Assembly (NCBI GenBank): GCA_050246815.1
Contig: JBFWVI010000064.1
Coordinates: 1 to 15,468 of the forward strand
DNA length: 15,468 nucleotides
Direction of reading: 5' to 3'
Source of the DNA: Bdellovibrionales bacterium
GTDB taxonomy: Bacteria; Bdellovibrionota; Bdellovibrionia; Bdellovibrionales; UBA1609
Shown: piece after piece, positions 8,568 to 15,468 of the stretch
Numbering within the stretch: the first letter of the stretch is position 1
Layout of the letters: each line of letters opens with the position of its first letter
Made by a program: the position numbers and the translations under genes
Notes under the pieces: generated by a model
The model's input: only the letters and a program-made list of their open reading frames with translations
What the model was told of the DNA's origin: nothing
Databases searched by the model: none

Positions 8568-10166
8568 CTACTTGGCGCGAAATCCAACAATCTGCACAGC
8601 CCAATTGGTAGAAACCGGCAGCCCTGCGTTCATTTGATAAGTCCCTGTTTGGCTCACCAGCTTATCGGCCATTGGCGTCAAACCGAAGAAAGGTCGGACC
8701 GTGTAGTCCGATTCAAAAGCTCCCCAACCATACTCGCTTAAAACCCCAGCATAGATCAAAACGTTGGGGGCGCGAGTGGCAAAGCTGCCACTGCGGGCCG
8801 TTATGCCAGAACCCGAGACTCCCACAAACACATCAACAGGTTCGACCGTATCCGCGCCCGAATACTCGTTCACATACAAGTTATTCAGACGACTGCTGTT
8901 GGTAAATACGGCGGTGACTTTGTTTATGCTGGCTTTGATATCTTTGGCATACCAGATTTGCAAATGATAACCGGAGGCCGTCGTCACGCGAGGCCCCGCC
9001 GCCTGGTAAGTGTTGCCTGCGGAATCCCGCACGGCTTGCAGCTGCGCACTGCCCTGCCAATCTATTTGCGCCACGATTAAGTTGCCCGCTGTATTGGGCG
9101 AGGCAAAGCTGGCCGAAGACTGGTTGGTGCTGCGATCAAAAAGCGCATACTGAGATTGGATCTGAGCGATCACGGGTGGCGTCGACGGGGGCTGGTACAC
9201 GATATCATCTAAACCGACGCCTGCATTTCGGTAAGGATCGGGCAGAGTGGTGGTTCGGTGCAGGTAAATTGAATTTGAAGGCTTGGTGAAATTGGTGCGG
9301 ACCAAATGCATCTTGCGATCAGCCGGAATACGCTGGGTTACACTTTGTCCTTGGTCATCGTAAATTCTCAGCTCCACATCGCCCTTCGAGGCAAAAGCCT
9401 TCAAACTGAGCAAAATTTTAGGACCACCCGAAAAGTTAAAACCGGTGTCGCCCGTGGTGCTTGAGCTATTCACGGCAAAGTTACTCGTGCTGGCATCAAA
9501 GGGCAAACTCCAGCCCCAAATCCCGGGCGTAAACTCGATCCCCTTATAAAGACCTTCTAGTAAATTGGCAGTGCTTGGCACCCCGACTGCGGGATTGTCA
9601 AAATCCACCAAAACCGCGCCCGGTGGTGGCTCGTCCACCTTTGGCGCCTCAAATCGATTCTCGCGGAAAACTTGGCCACACTGCTCAGGCAACGAAGGAA
9701 TCATCCCTTTCACACCCGAGAAGGCATCAAAACTATTTTTGTCGTAGGCGGCTTTCACCGCTGCCGAATCGGGACTCAAACCTTGAATCGCACCTAGGCA
9801 GGCTTGTAAGTACCCCTCATTCGCCCTGACAGCCGTGGCTTCTTCGGCATCACAAAGATTGTAATAGGGGTTGAGCACCTTTTCAGGCACGCCCAGATTA
9901 TTGATTAGGCTGGTGATGGAGACCCCGCCACGACAGGCTTCCAACGACAAGTCCGGGTGGGCCCGCGTTAAAACATCACAAGTGGCATCTAAAATCTTTT
10001 TGCAGCCTTCGGACGGCTTGGGATTACCGGTGTTGGTGCCCTGCAAAACCGTGCTCGTCTGCGTTTTTTTCGCATCACCCGAATTTCCTAAAATTCCGCA
10101 GGCATTGTAGGCCGCTAGCAAAACCAGAACTACACTCAGCATGGTGATATGCCATATCTGTCTCAT
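8568..10166 (-). CDS. Multi-domain hypothetical lipoprotein (Cys-rich N domain plus two beta-rich domains)
   Basis: Signal peptide ending LAAYNA-C23, then GTNTGNP and six further Cys. Two beta-rich regions follow (VLVDFDN...GLDDIVY; NTAGNLIVA...RDSAGNTY...IWYAK...EYSG). ATGA overlap with the upstream gene. Confidence 0.8.
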   Translation of the reverse strand: MRQIWHITMLSVVLVLLAAYNACGILGNSGDAKKTQTSTVLQGTNTGNPKPSEGCKKILDATCDVLTRAHPDLSLEACRGGVSITSLINNLGVPEKVLNPYYNLCDAEEATAVRANEGYLQACLGAIQGLSPDSAAVKAAYDKNSFDAFSGVKGMIPSLPEQCGQVFRENRFEAPKVDEPPPGAVLVDFDNPAVGVPSTANLLEGLYKGIEFTPGIWGWSLPFDASTSNFAVNSSSTTGDTGFNFSGGPKILLSLKAFASKGDVELRIYDDQGQSVTQRIPADRKMHLVRTNFTKPSNSIYLHRTTTLPDPYRNAGVGLDDIVYQPPSTPPVIAQIQSQYALFDRSTNQSSASFASPNTAGNLIVAQIDWQGSAQLQAVRDSAGNTYQAAGPRVTTASGYHLQIWYAKDIKASINKVTAVFTNSSRLNNLYVNEYSGADTVEPVDVFVGVSGSGITARSGSFATRAPNVLIYAGVLSEYGWGAFESDYTVRPFFGLTPMADKLVSQTGTYQMNAGLPVSTNWAVQIVGFRAK

Positions 10167-11026
10167 GCGCTTTCCCCTGTTTTCTTCTTAATTTCTTCGG
10201 TGAGCGGAAAAAACTGAAAACCCAACTGGTAAACCTGGGCCGCTCCCGCCTCCTGCGATGACATTTCAATAATTTCTTTGCGCAGCTGCTGAATCAGCTC
10301 TTTGATCTTTTTGATCCCACCCTCCGTGACGGTGATAGTCACGGCTGAAATATCGCGCTTTTCACGCGGAAAACGATCAATAGAGTCTCCCGCCTTATTT
10401 AACATCTCTTTGTGATACAAACGAATCAGCGGCGAAATCACTTCGTTGGGGGTTTCGACATTGCGGTCCGTTTGCTGAAGCCGCCCGCTTGCATCCCTGC
10501 GGATCAAACCCAACTTTTCCAATTCGACCAAGGCCTTTTTTGCCTCGACGGCCGTGATAGCGGGGTTGAGCTGTTTGGCGATCCATTCGGGGTCCTCTTG
10601 AAAACCTTCGAAACTCACCAGCTCTCGAATGGGCACAAAGTACCACTGCGCGTAGTAATTGTATTCGGACTCTTTTAAAGGATAGATCTTTTTAAAAACT
10701 TTCGAACGCAACAACTGTTCAGTATGGATTTTTTTCTCTTCGCTCGAGGTTGCCTGGTTTAGAAGAACAAGATGATGAAAGAACAAAGCTTCATCTTTTT
10801 TAAGCTTGAGAGCCTTGGCGATCTTTTCGATACTTTCTGACGCCAAGTTGCGCTGACCATCAATCACCAGCTTCAAAAAATTGGGTGATTGAAACCCTGC
10901 AATCCTTGAAAAGTATCGATACGAGAACTTCGCGTCATTTTGCTTTGACGAAAGGTACACGTCGCGCAAAAAATCGCGATAATTGTCGTATTCAAAAACA
11001 CTTTTTAAAGTGGGTGTGTTCAGCAA
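10163..11026 (-). CDS. TIGR02147 family protein (N-terminal HTH plus DUF4423)
   Basis: VFEYDNYRDFLRD, FSYRYFSRIAGFQSPNFLKLVIDGQRNL, YYAQWYFVPIREL, WIAKQL, REKRDIS, VYQLGFQFFPLT. TTG start with GGGGAG upstream. Confidence 0.92.
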   Translation of the reverse strand: MLNTPTLKSVFEYDNYRDFLRDVYLSSKQNDAKFSYRYFSRIAGFQSPNFLKLVIDGQRNLASESIEKIAKALKLKKDEALFFHHLVLLNQATSSEEKKIHTEQLLRSKVFKKIYPLKESEYNYYAQWYFVPIRELVSFEGFQEDPEWIAKQLNPAITAVEAKKALVELEKLGLIRRDASGRLQQTDRNVETPNEVISPLIRLYHKEMLNKAGDSIDRFPREKRDISAVTITVTEGGIKKIKELIQQLRKEIIEMSSQEAGAAQVYQLGFQFFPLTEEIKKKTGESA

Positions 11027-11043
11027 AATTTTGCCCGCTCCCC

Positions 11044-11238
11044 GTTCTCAAATTGAGAACCAAAATTGCCATCCGCGTATCTCTTTGAAGTTTATCACAA
11101 AGCCGATGAAAATGGGCCCCATGTATACTTTTAGAATACGCTTTTTATTTTTGAATACGAAGTTTATCCAAACAATTTAGTTAGTTAAGGTTATAGTTAA
11201 AGGGCGACAAGATAATAAAACTTATCTTTTAGTATACG
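11044..11238. promoter_or_regulatory. Divergent control region with a palindrome and repeated operator-like motifs
   Basis: Palindrome GTTCTCAA-A-TTGAGAAC 11044-11060. Repeats TTTTAGAATACG 11129-11140, TTTTTGAATACG 11148-11159 and TTTTAGTATACG 11227-11238. GAAGTTTATC at 11087 and 11159. Confidence 0.5.
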
Positions 11239-11298
11239 GTCGCCCGGCACGTTGTCTCAGAATAAAACAAGACATTGGACTTGGGGTTAGGGGGAAGT

Positions 11299-11673
11299 AT
11301 GGCCGCACGTCAATTGCGTCTGATGGGCAGTCTTTTGGCGCTCATGGGCGTTATGTTGTTCTTTAATAATTGTAGTCAAAGTGGCTTTGACGGTGTTCAA
11401 AGCCTTAACCAGGGATCCTCTCAATCTCCACCTCCACCCGCGACAAATGAGTGGAACGTCGGCACCCTGACCTTTATTGAGGGTGGCGGCACAACAATCG
11501 ATTTAGCCAACACCCTCCCACCTGAAATTAAAAGAAATGGAACATTTGCAGTGGACCCTAGCGGAGCCAACCTACCCCCCGGTATGAATTTGTCCGCTAG
11601 CGGTCTACTTTCTGTGAGCACGGCAGCCGCGGGCGACACCATCGGGGTCGTCTTCAACTACACGGAACCCTAA
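11299..11673 (+). CDS. Small lipoprotein with a putative-Ig (He_PIG-like) partial domain
   Basis: ATG 11299 with SD AGGGGGA. Signal ending FFNN-C25, Ser/Pro linker, then LPPGMNLSASGLLSV...GVVFNYTEP. Paralog of 12813..13184. Confidence 0.8.
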   Translation: MAARQLRLMGSLLALMGVMLFFNNCSQSGFDGVQSLNQGSSQSPPPPATNEWNVGTLTFIEGGGTTIDLANTLPPEIKRNGTFAVDPSGANLPPGMNLSASGLLSVSTAAAGDTIGVVFNYTEP

Positions 11674-11683
11674 AGGAGACGCC

Positions 11684-12799
11684 ATGAAATCGATTTACTT
11701 TAAGACCGCCCTCGCCCTAGCCGCAACTTTGAACCTCGGTGATTCCGCTTGGGCAGCAAAAATTCTTTCGAATAAAGTTAACATTTCAGTGCGCTCGACG
11801 CCCGTCGGCGCGCAAGACTTCGCCGCACGCTGCGCAGCTCCCGGAGTGGTGAAGTGCGTGGGCTTTGACCAAGCCTCAGATATTGCCGGAACCTTCGGCG
11901 AAAATTCGGGCATTTTCTCCGGAAGTAACAATGCCCCCCAATTGGATACGGCGGTTCGGGCCTCTGGTAATAGCTCACTTCGCTTTACGGTCACCACCTC
12001 TTCGGCCAGCTCGGGCGGCTCTTATTTTACTAATTTTTCCTCGGACCTGCAGACTCAGTTTGATTCAGGCCAAACCTTTTATGTTCAATGGCGACAACGT
12101 TTTGACACTCAATATGCCACGATGAACCTAGGCAGCTTTGGCAATGGTGGATGGAAGCAGGTGATTGTAGGTTCGGGCGATAAGCCGGGCTGCACAAAGT
12201 CCAATTCACTCACGATCGACAGCGGCGGCTTTTGTACATCTTCTTGCACGCCCCTCGAGACCGTCGTGCAAAACACCTATCACCGCGGCTTTCCCGTGAT
12301 GTACAACTCCTGCTCTGGCTCAAGTTCCACACAAAATGGCAAGTATGCTGGGGGCACGGGCCCGTATGTTCCATTTGAAGAGCCGTTCAATGGCTTTGAT
12401 TTTAAATTGCAAAATGCCATGCCTGCGCCCTATTGCCTGTACAGCCAAGGCGCCACAAACAGCTACTTTCCGCCCAAGGGGAATTGCTTTGGTTACGCCG
12501 CAAATGAATGGATGACCTTCAAGATGCGCATCGTGATTGGCACTCGCACCAACGACTATTTTAAAGGCAGTCACGTCGACTTGTGGGTTTCGCGCCAAGG
12601 GCAGGCTCCGGCCCATGTATTCAACTGGAACTGGGATCTGGCCGCAGGCCCCGCTGCGCAAAATCTGAAGTTCGGAAAAATTTGGCTGCTGACTTACAAC
12701 AGCAACAATGCGGGCAACAACAACGCGCCCGTTCCGACGGCACAAACTTGGTATGATGATTTAATTATTTCTACGCAAGACATCGCGGATCCGAAATAG
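11684..12799 (+). CDS. Secreted Cys-rich hypothetical protein, possibly with a polysaccharide lyase-like/ConA-like jelly-roll fold
   Basis: SD AAGGAG, signal peptide ending AWA, 8 Cys. Motifs SLRFTV, FYVQWRQRF, GGWKQ, NEWMTF, WYDDLIIST. The fold call is inference. Confidence 0.75.
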   Translation: MKSIYFKTALALAATLNLGDSAWAAKILSNKVNISVRSTPVGAQDFAARCAAPGVVKCVGFDQASDIAGTFGENSGIFSGSNNAPQLDTAVRASGNSSLRFTVTTSSASSGGSYFTNFSSDLQTQFDSGQTFYVQWRQRFDTQYATMNLGSFGNGGWKQVIVGSGDKPGCTKSNSLTIDSGGFCTSSCTPLETVVQNTYHRGFPVMYNSCSGSSSTQNGKYAGGTGPYVPFEEPFNGFDFKLQNAMPAPYCLYSQGATNSYFPPKGNCFGYAANEWMTFKMRIVIGTRTNDYFKGSHVDLWVSRQGQAPAHVFNWNWDLAAGPAAQNLKFGKIWLLTYNSNNAGNNNAPVPTAQTWYDDLIISTQDIADPK

Positions 12800-12812
12800 A
12801 GGAGATGACGCC

Positions 12813-13184
12813 ATGAGCAACAAGAACATATCCAATCGACGAATTTTTCTGGCCCGAAGCTTGACCGTGGTGACGGCCCTGGCCACCCACAAACTGCTCG
12901 ATTTGTGGCCTGCACAATTTTCGCCACAACAAACCGACTGGCACATCGACACTGAAACACTGCAAGACATTCTACAAAGAAAAAGTTCAGCGAACCTGGC
13001 CCAGACGTTACCCCCACACATCCAACGCGGTGGACGCTTTAGCGTGGATCCGGCAGGCGCGTCTCTTCCAAATGGAGTTCATCTTTCACCCGAGGGCATC
13101 TTGACCATTCAGACCGCAGCCCCTACCCAGATGGTCGGTGTCGTGTTCAACTATGATGAGCCCGAAGTAAATCAATTAGGATAA
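12813..13184 (+). CDS. Small twin-arginine-signal protein with a putative-Ig partial domain
   Basis: SD AGGAG and Tat-like SNRRIFL. The 57-residue core is 33/57 identical (manual ungapped count) to 11299..11673. Confidence 0.8.
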   Translation: MSNKNISNRRIFLARSLTVVTALATHKLLDLWPAQFSPQQTDWHIDTETLQDILQRKSSANLAQTLPPHIQRGGRFSVDPAGASLPNGVHLSPEGILTIQTAAPTQMVGVVFNYDEPEVNQLG

Positions 13185-13195
13185 GGACGTACACA

Positions 13196-14284
13196 ATGGC
13201 ACAACTCAAGTCAAAGCCGACCACACTGAAAGTTTTTACTCCGGGCAATTCGACTCTGGCGAAGCTTGCAGCTTCAATGCCTGCAGGCTCTTGGGCACAA
13301 CTGACGCCAGCCAACAATCAAAATGCCTTTGTCGGCGCAGGCACCATATCGGGGACGATGATTCACTATTGCAACTCGATGCCGTGGAATCCGAAAGCGC
13401 GAGCCATAGAAATTTTGGCCATGGATCACGCCTACGGCTCTTTGCGCTACGTTCGCTACAACGAACCCACCAATCAATTTGAATTGATGGCAAATGATGT
13501 GGGAATGGGCAGCTTCACTCAACATGGTTATGACCATGTGAATATTGATCCGCTCACGGGCGACCTCTATTACCGCCCGTACAGCGTCAACACCGGCTTG
13601 ATCAGTTGCTATAAAAAACCGCTGGGCAGCATGACCTTCTCTCCCCTGCCCACGCACCCCAGTGACAAAGGCTCGGAGCAAGCCGCCATCGGCACCTGTT
13701 GGTGGTCCGGAACCATTGCCGGCGGAGGCAGCAAGGGCCACCTGATCGTTTTCAACAGCGGCAATGCCGTTAGTTCGGCCAATGATGGACAAATCTGTGG
13801 TTACAATCCCACCACCAACACCTGGTTCTTCAATCAAGTGGCCATGGCACCAAACTATGGCAGCGGCTCCACTTATCACAGTGTCATCGAATACAGTCCC
13901 ATCAAAAATGTGGCGGTCTATGGCGGTGGTAACGTCGCCACCAACAGACTGTGGCGCCTGAATGCGGACCGGACATTTGTCGCTATGCCCAACGTGCCCG
14001 CAGGCAAAGGCGTTGGCATGCAACAAGGCATTATTTGTGCAGACCCCGTCACCGGAAATTTTATTCTGCTGAGTGCAGGACAGTTGTGGGAGCTCAACCC
14101 CGATGGCGCGGGCAGCTGGGCTCAACTCAACGGCGGCCGTCAACCCCCGGCGGGAGTCGGAAGCCCCGGCCCTGGCACTCCCGATGGCCTTATTTGTTGC
14201 CCAATCCCCGATTACGGAGTGATCGCCTACATCAAGCAAACTTCGATGACCGGCGGAACATTTTATCTTTATAAACACGCTTAG
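13196..14284 (+). CDS. Hypothetical protein, probable beta-propeller, no signal peptide (paralog 1)
   Basis: SD AAGGA. Blade-like repeats WNPKARAIEI, YNEPTNQF, IDPLTGDLYY, YNPTTNTW, YSPIKNVAVYGGG, DPVTGNFILL, IPDYGVIAY. Confidence 0.85.
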   Translation: MAQLKSKPTTLKVFTPGNSTLAKLAASMPAGSWAQLTPANNQNAFVGAGTISGTMIHYCNSMPWNPKARAIEILAMDHAYGSLRYVRYNEPTNQFELMANDVGMGSFTQHGYDHVNIDPLTGDLYYRPYSVNTGLISCYKKPLGSMTFSPLPTHPSDKGSEQAAIGTCWWSGTIAGGGSKGHLIVFNSGNAVSSANDGQICGYNPTTNTWFFNQVAMAPNYGSGSTYHSVIEYSPIKNVAVYGGGNVATNRLWRLNADRTFVAMPNVPAGKGVGMQQGIICADPVTGNFILLSAGQLWELNPDGAGSWAQLNGGRQPPAGVGSPGPGTPDGLICCPIPDYGVIAYIKQTSMTGGTFYLYKHA

Positions 14285-14295
14285 ACGGAATGCAA

Positions 14296-15375
14296 ATGGC
14301 CAAATTTAAATCATCGCCAACAAACTTGAAAGTTTATGTACCGGGCAATTCTGCGCTGGCGAAATTGGCCGCCTCGATGCCTGCAGGCTCTTGGGCCAAG
14401 CTGGACGTGTCCAACCAAAACGCCATTCTGGGCGTGGGCTCGGTGTCAGGCTCGATGTTACACTACTGCAACTCGGCCCCATGGAATGCAAAAAACAAAT
14501 CGATTGAAATTTTAGGACAAGATCACAACTACCCCTTCATGCGTCACGTGCGCTACGATGAGGTGACCAACCAGTTTGTGCTGGTTGCCGATAATGCCGG
14601 AATCGGCTCTGGTCATGGCTATGACCACAGCAGCTTGAACCCCACAAACGGGGACTTGTACACGCGGCTTTACAGTGGGTTCTCGGGCAAAATATCTGTA
14701 CGCAAAAAAGCATTTGGAACCGCAAATTATGTCGACATCCCCAGTGTCCCCGCAACCGACCAAGTGGCAATCGGCACTTGTTGGTGGTCGGGCTCTTTTG
14801 TCGGCGGCGGAGCCCAGGGCTCATTCATGGTTTTCAATAGCGGCAATTCAGTCAACGGCGCAAAGGATGGGCACATCGCCGCCTACAACCCGTTGACAAA
14901 CACCTGGTTCTTCAGTCAAGAGGGTTGCGCTCCCAACTATGGCAGCGGCGCCACATACCACAGCGTGATCGAATATAGCTCCATCAAAAATGTCGCCGTC
15001 TACGGCGGCGGCAACGTCGCCTCGAATAGACTTTGGCGCCTCAGCTCCGATGCCAGCATCATCGCCATGCCCAACGTGCCCACTGGTAAGGCTGTGGGCA
15101 TCCAATCCGGCAACTTGGTCAACGATCCCGTGACGGGAAATTTTCTTTTGCTAAGCGGTCGCGAGCTGTGGGAGCTCAATCCAGACGGAGCGGGCAAGTG
15201 GACTCAGCAAACGGGATCTCGCGTGCCACCCGCCGATGCGGCTTTCCCTGGGCCAGGCGCGCTTTCGGACTTAGATGGCGTCGTTTCATGCGCCATTCCT
15301 GAATATGGTGTTGTGGTGTACATCAAGCAAAAACTGCAAACAGGGGGCAATGTTTATCTGTATAAACACGCCTAA
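14296..15375 (+). CDS. Hypothetical protein, probable beta-propeller, no signal peptide (paralog 2)
   Basis: Collinear with 13196..14284 end to end (LAKLAASMPAGSWA, HGYDH, AIGTCWWSG, TYHSVIEYS, YLYKHA). ATG 14296 preferred over 14290 because of GGA spacing and alignment. Confidence 0.85.
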   Translation: MAKFKSSPTNLKVYVPGNSALAKLAASMPAGSWAKLDVSNQNAILGVGSVSGSMLHYCNSAPWNAKNKSIEILGQDHNYPFMRHVRYDEVTNQFVLVADNAGIGSGHGYDHSSLNPTNGDLYTRLYSGFSGKISVRKKAFGTANYVDIPSVPATDQVAIGTCWWSGSFVGGGAQGSFMVFNSGNSVNGAKDGHIAAYNPLTNTWFFSQEGCAPNYGSGATYHSVIEYSSIKNVAVYGGGNVASNRLWRLSSDASIIAMPNVPTGKAVGIQSGNLVNDPVTGNFLLLSGRELWELNPDGAGKWTQQTGSRVPPADAAFPGPGALSDLDGVVSCAIPEYGVVVYIKQKLQTGGNVYLYKHA

Positions 15376-15382
15376 ACGCGGA

Positions 15383-15468
15383 TCACTTTTGCGCTTCGAC
15401 CAAAGTTTTTAGGTTTTGAATACCGGCGCTGAACTGATCACCGACCATCTTTTCGCAATCGATGAAGA
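15383..15468 (-). CDS. 3' end of a probable SRPBCC (polyketide cyclase/START-like) family protein, partial
   Basis: Manual translation FIDCEKMVGDQFSAGIQNLKTLVEAQK-stop, which resembles the SRPBCC C-terminal helix (DKMVGxDFxxGLxNLK). Confidence 0.7.
   Translation of the reverse strand, partial: FIDCEKMVGDQFSAGIQNLKTLVEAQK

Noticed and set aside
11086..11109. Sigma28-like TGAAGTTT...GCCGATGA
   Set aside because: The spacer is 8 nt rather than about 11.
11674..13195. Stop-codon readthrough fusing the small Ig proteins to downstream cargo
   Set aside because: The gaps are 10 and 11 nt (out of frame), each downstream gene has its own SD, and 11684 has its own signal peptide.
13274..14278. 334-aa antisense ORF
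   Set aside because: Shadow of the real + strand gene. It has no motifs and is not preserved opposite the paralog.
15413..15423. Extra TTTTGAATAC motif copy
   Set aside because: It lies within the coding end of the SRPBCC-like gene and is probably chance.
1..15468. CRISPR array, tRNA/rRNA, transposase or integrase
   Set aside because: No regularly spaced repeats, cloverleafs or recombinase motifs were seen.

Overview
Bacterial chromosomal window of about 50% GC, most likely from Bdellovibrionota. The taxon is inferred from a TIGR02147/DUF4423 gene, F/Y-N-x-C lipoboxes and a DgcB-like FHA module. The left 8.5 kb holds housekeeping, stress and signalling genes: ychJ (missed by the ORF track), crcB/fluC, a receiver-class III nucleotide cyclase, a KefB/KefC antiporter, DUF1579, gluQ, an FHA-PP2C phosphatase, a GNAT and yjdM/phnA. 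The right 7 kb is an accessory locus. A TIGR02147 HTH gene with a coupled mosaic lipoprotein lies divergently, across an AT-rich repeat-bearing spacer, from a five-gene operon. That operon has two paralogous small proteins (one lipoprotein, one twin-arginine) that look like Ig domains lacking their last beta-strand. It also has three larger proteins whose mature N-termini share a strand-like motif. The most interesting hypothesis is a split-Ig, strand-complementation system for anchoring and piggyback export. The 3' end of an SRPBCC-like gene enters at the right edge. All family calls are by eye; no searches were run.
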